64,000 nt of DNA from Patescibacteria group bacterium. GTDB lineage: Bacteria > Patescibacteriota > Microgenomatia > UBA1406 > GWC2-37-13. A model generated the notes under the pieces. That model saw only the letters and a program-made list of their open reading frames with translations. It was not told the origin of the DNA and did not search any database. The stretch lies in the NCBI GenBank assembly GCA_036172095.1, contig JAVHSH010000023.1, positions 957 through 64,956 of the forward strand, read 5' to 3'. The position numbers and the translations under genes were made by a program. The stretch's first letter is position 1; each line of letters opens with the position of its first letter. Below are positions 63,050-64,000 of the stretch, one piece after another.

Positions 63050-63086
63050 TATTTGTTCCCTTATTTGTTCCCCTATTTACTTTCCC
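63050..63086. repeat. Three tandem ~12-nt units TATTTGTTCCC(T) / TATTTGTTCCC(C) / TATTTACTTTCCC
   Basis: Read directly from the sequence, immediately downstream of the sufU stop and upstream of the ferredoxin gene. Confidence 0.8.
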
Positions 63087-63090
63087 ATTC

Positions 63091-63447
63091 TTACAAAACC
63101 TTCTGCAGTGCTTCCAAGGGAAGCAAAGCGCACTTAAGTCTGTTTGGACCAAGCTCAATTCCAAGCATCTTTATAATACTTGTTTTATCCCATTTTCTCA
63201 ACTCAGAAATTGCCTTACCCACCGCTTCATCTGTAAGAAGCGATGCGCAAGCTTTTGAAATCGCGCACCCTTTACCGGTAAACATCGCATGTTTAATAAC
63301 ATCATTTTCCACCTCAACTTCCATCTGGATTACGTCGCCACAGAGGGGATTATCTAATTTGATTTTTTTCGTTGCACTGGGCAAACGGCCAAAATTATGT
63401 GGATTGCTTGAGTGTTGAAGGATACGTTCTTGATAAATTGATTGCAT
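63091..63447 (-). CDS. sufU: SufU/IscU-like Fe-S cluster scaffold
   Basis: NPLCGD, GKGCAIS, and a late Cys (RLKCALL). Confidence 0.8.
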   Translation of the reverse strand: MQSIYQERILQHSSNPHNFGRLPSATKKIKLDNPLCGDVIQMEVEVENDVIKHAMFTGKGCAISKACASLLTDEAVGKAISELRKWDKTSIIKMLGIELGPNRLKCALLPLEALQKVL

Positions 63448-63473
63448 GGTTTATGAGTGACTGACAATTATTA

Positions 63474-64000
63474 TTATTTTATCGAAAAAACACTTATTGC
63501 GCGCCGTAATGATTTAATAAGTTTATCAACATCCCCCGTATCATTATAAATGTAAAAACTTGCCCTGATGGAGGCCTCGACGCCAAGAAATTCATGGAGC
63601 GGCATCGCGCAATGATGACCTGCGCGAACTGCGATATTGTCTTCGTTCAATAACTGCGCGATATCATGTGCATGGATGCCATCAATCGTGAATGCAACTA
63701 TTCCTGTCTGTCTTTTTTTGGGACCGATAATGTGTATCTGTTCGCCAAACGCATCAATAAGTGAATCAAAACAATACTGTGCCAGGATATTCTCGTGTGT
63801 ATGGATTTCGTCAAGCCCAATCATCTCCAAATACCGAATCGCTTCTTTTAAAGCGACAACTCCCGCGATGTGCGGTGTCCCCGCTTCGAATCTATGCGGA
63901 CCTTCCGCGAAATCTGTCTGTTCAATCGTTACCCTTCGTATCATCTCACCACCATATTGATATGAGCTGAGTTTTTTTAGCAGATTTTGTCTTACCCATA
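63474..64000 (-). CDS. sufS: Cysteine desulfurase SufS/NifS family (C-terminal part; 5' end outside window)
   Basis: RFEAGTPHIAGVV and RAGHHCAMPL (catalytic Cys loop). Manual translation shows the frame stays open upstream of the track's ATG to the window edge (...WVRQNLLKKLSSYQYGGEMIRRV...). Confidence 0.85.
   Translation of the reverse strand, partial: WVRQNLLKKLSSYQYGGEMIRRVTIEQTDFAEGPHRFEAGTPHIAGVVALKEAIRYLEMIGLDEIHTHENILAQYCFDSLIDAFGEQIHIIGPKKRQTGIVAFTIDGIHAHDIAQLLNEDNIAVRAGHHCAMPLHEFLGVEASIRASFYIYNDTGDVDKLIKSLRRAISVFSIK

Noticed and set aside
63017-63086. CRISPR array or mini-array
   Set aside because: The repeats are 12-13 nt, directly adjacent with no spacers and only 2-3 copies. 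Apart from the stand-alone Cas4-like nuclease 57 kb away, no cas genes are present.
1-64000. Alternative genetic code (UGA as Gly or Trp, as in some CPR or Mollicutes)
   Set aside because: TGA terminates many conserved proteins at the expected lengths (murD, ftsI, rsmH, trpB, metG) and forms ATGA overlaps. I noticed no in-frame TGA interruptions in conserved genes.
1-64000. Mobile elements, prophage or genomic island
   Set aside because: The window has no integrase, transposase, recombinase, phage structural genes or flanking direct repeats. The single tRNA is not followed by an integrase, and I saw no obvious compositional break apart from short GC-rich tails.

Overview
This is a contiguous chromosomal segment from an AT-rich, small-genome bacterium. 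Gene content and protein divergence suggest an uncultivated Patescibacteria/CPR-like lineage, but that is inference. The genetic code looks standard: TGA ends many conserved proteins and forms ATGA stop/start overlaps. I support 60 protein genes and one tRNA. I see no rRNA, CRISPR array, transposase, integrase or prophage.

Layout:
(1) 1-21.6 kb, all minus strand: a peptidoglycan/division super-operon, mraZ-rsmH-ftsL-ftsI-murE-pgeF-(membrane protein)-murC-murB-murA-(GlmU-like)-yvcK-dgkA-mraY-SPFH-(HPS-like)-(Cas4-like nuclease)-(NYN)-(QueC-like PP-loop protein)-murD-ftsW-murG-ftsQ.
(2) 21.6-26 kb, plus strand: murJ, an archaeal-type nucleoside/AMP phosphorylase, mltG and a hydrolase.
(3) 26-37 kb: ftsK, pnp, rpsO, metG, a class A PBP and a VIT1 transporter.
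(4) 37.1-43.3 kb: a TrpR/YerC-like regulator, an orphan trpB, a YbaK-domain::TrpRS fusion, an acyltransferase and rarA.
(5) 43.3-57.7 kb: a beta-propeller protein, an RmlC-like cupin, tRNA-Met plus a SpoU methyltransferase, and an 11-kb glycan cluster (GT2, O-antigen-ligase-like, GT39-like, 4x GT4, a phosphodiesterase, FemAB).
(6) 57.7-64 kb: lon, a 2-oxoacid:ferredoxin oxidoreductase, ferredoxin, sufU and sufS.

Most notable observations:
- A consensus promoter carries a trp-operator-like ACTAG-N3-ACTAG element in front of the TrpR-like/trpB/YbaK-TrpRS module.
- A QueC-like ATPase is translationally coupled to murD and is a candidate MurL-type epimerase.
- An NYN plus Cas4-like nuclease pair is embedded in the cell-wall operon.
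- First genes of operons repeatedly have a -10 hexamer 6-9 nt upstream of the ATG, a leaderless architecture.

All calls rest on by-eye motif recognition. No database search was run.
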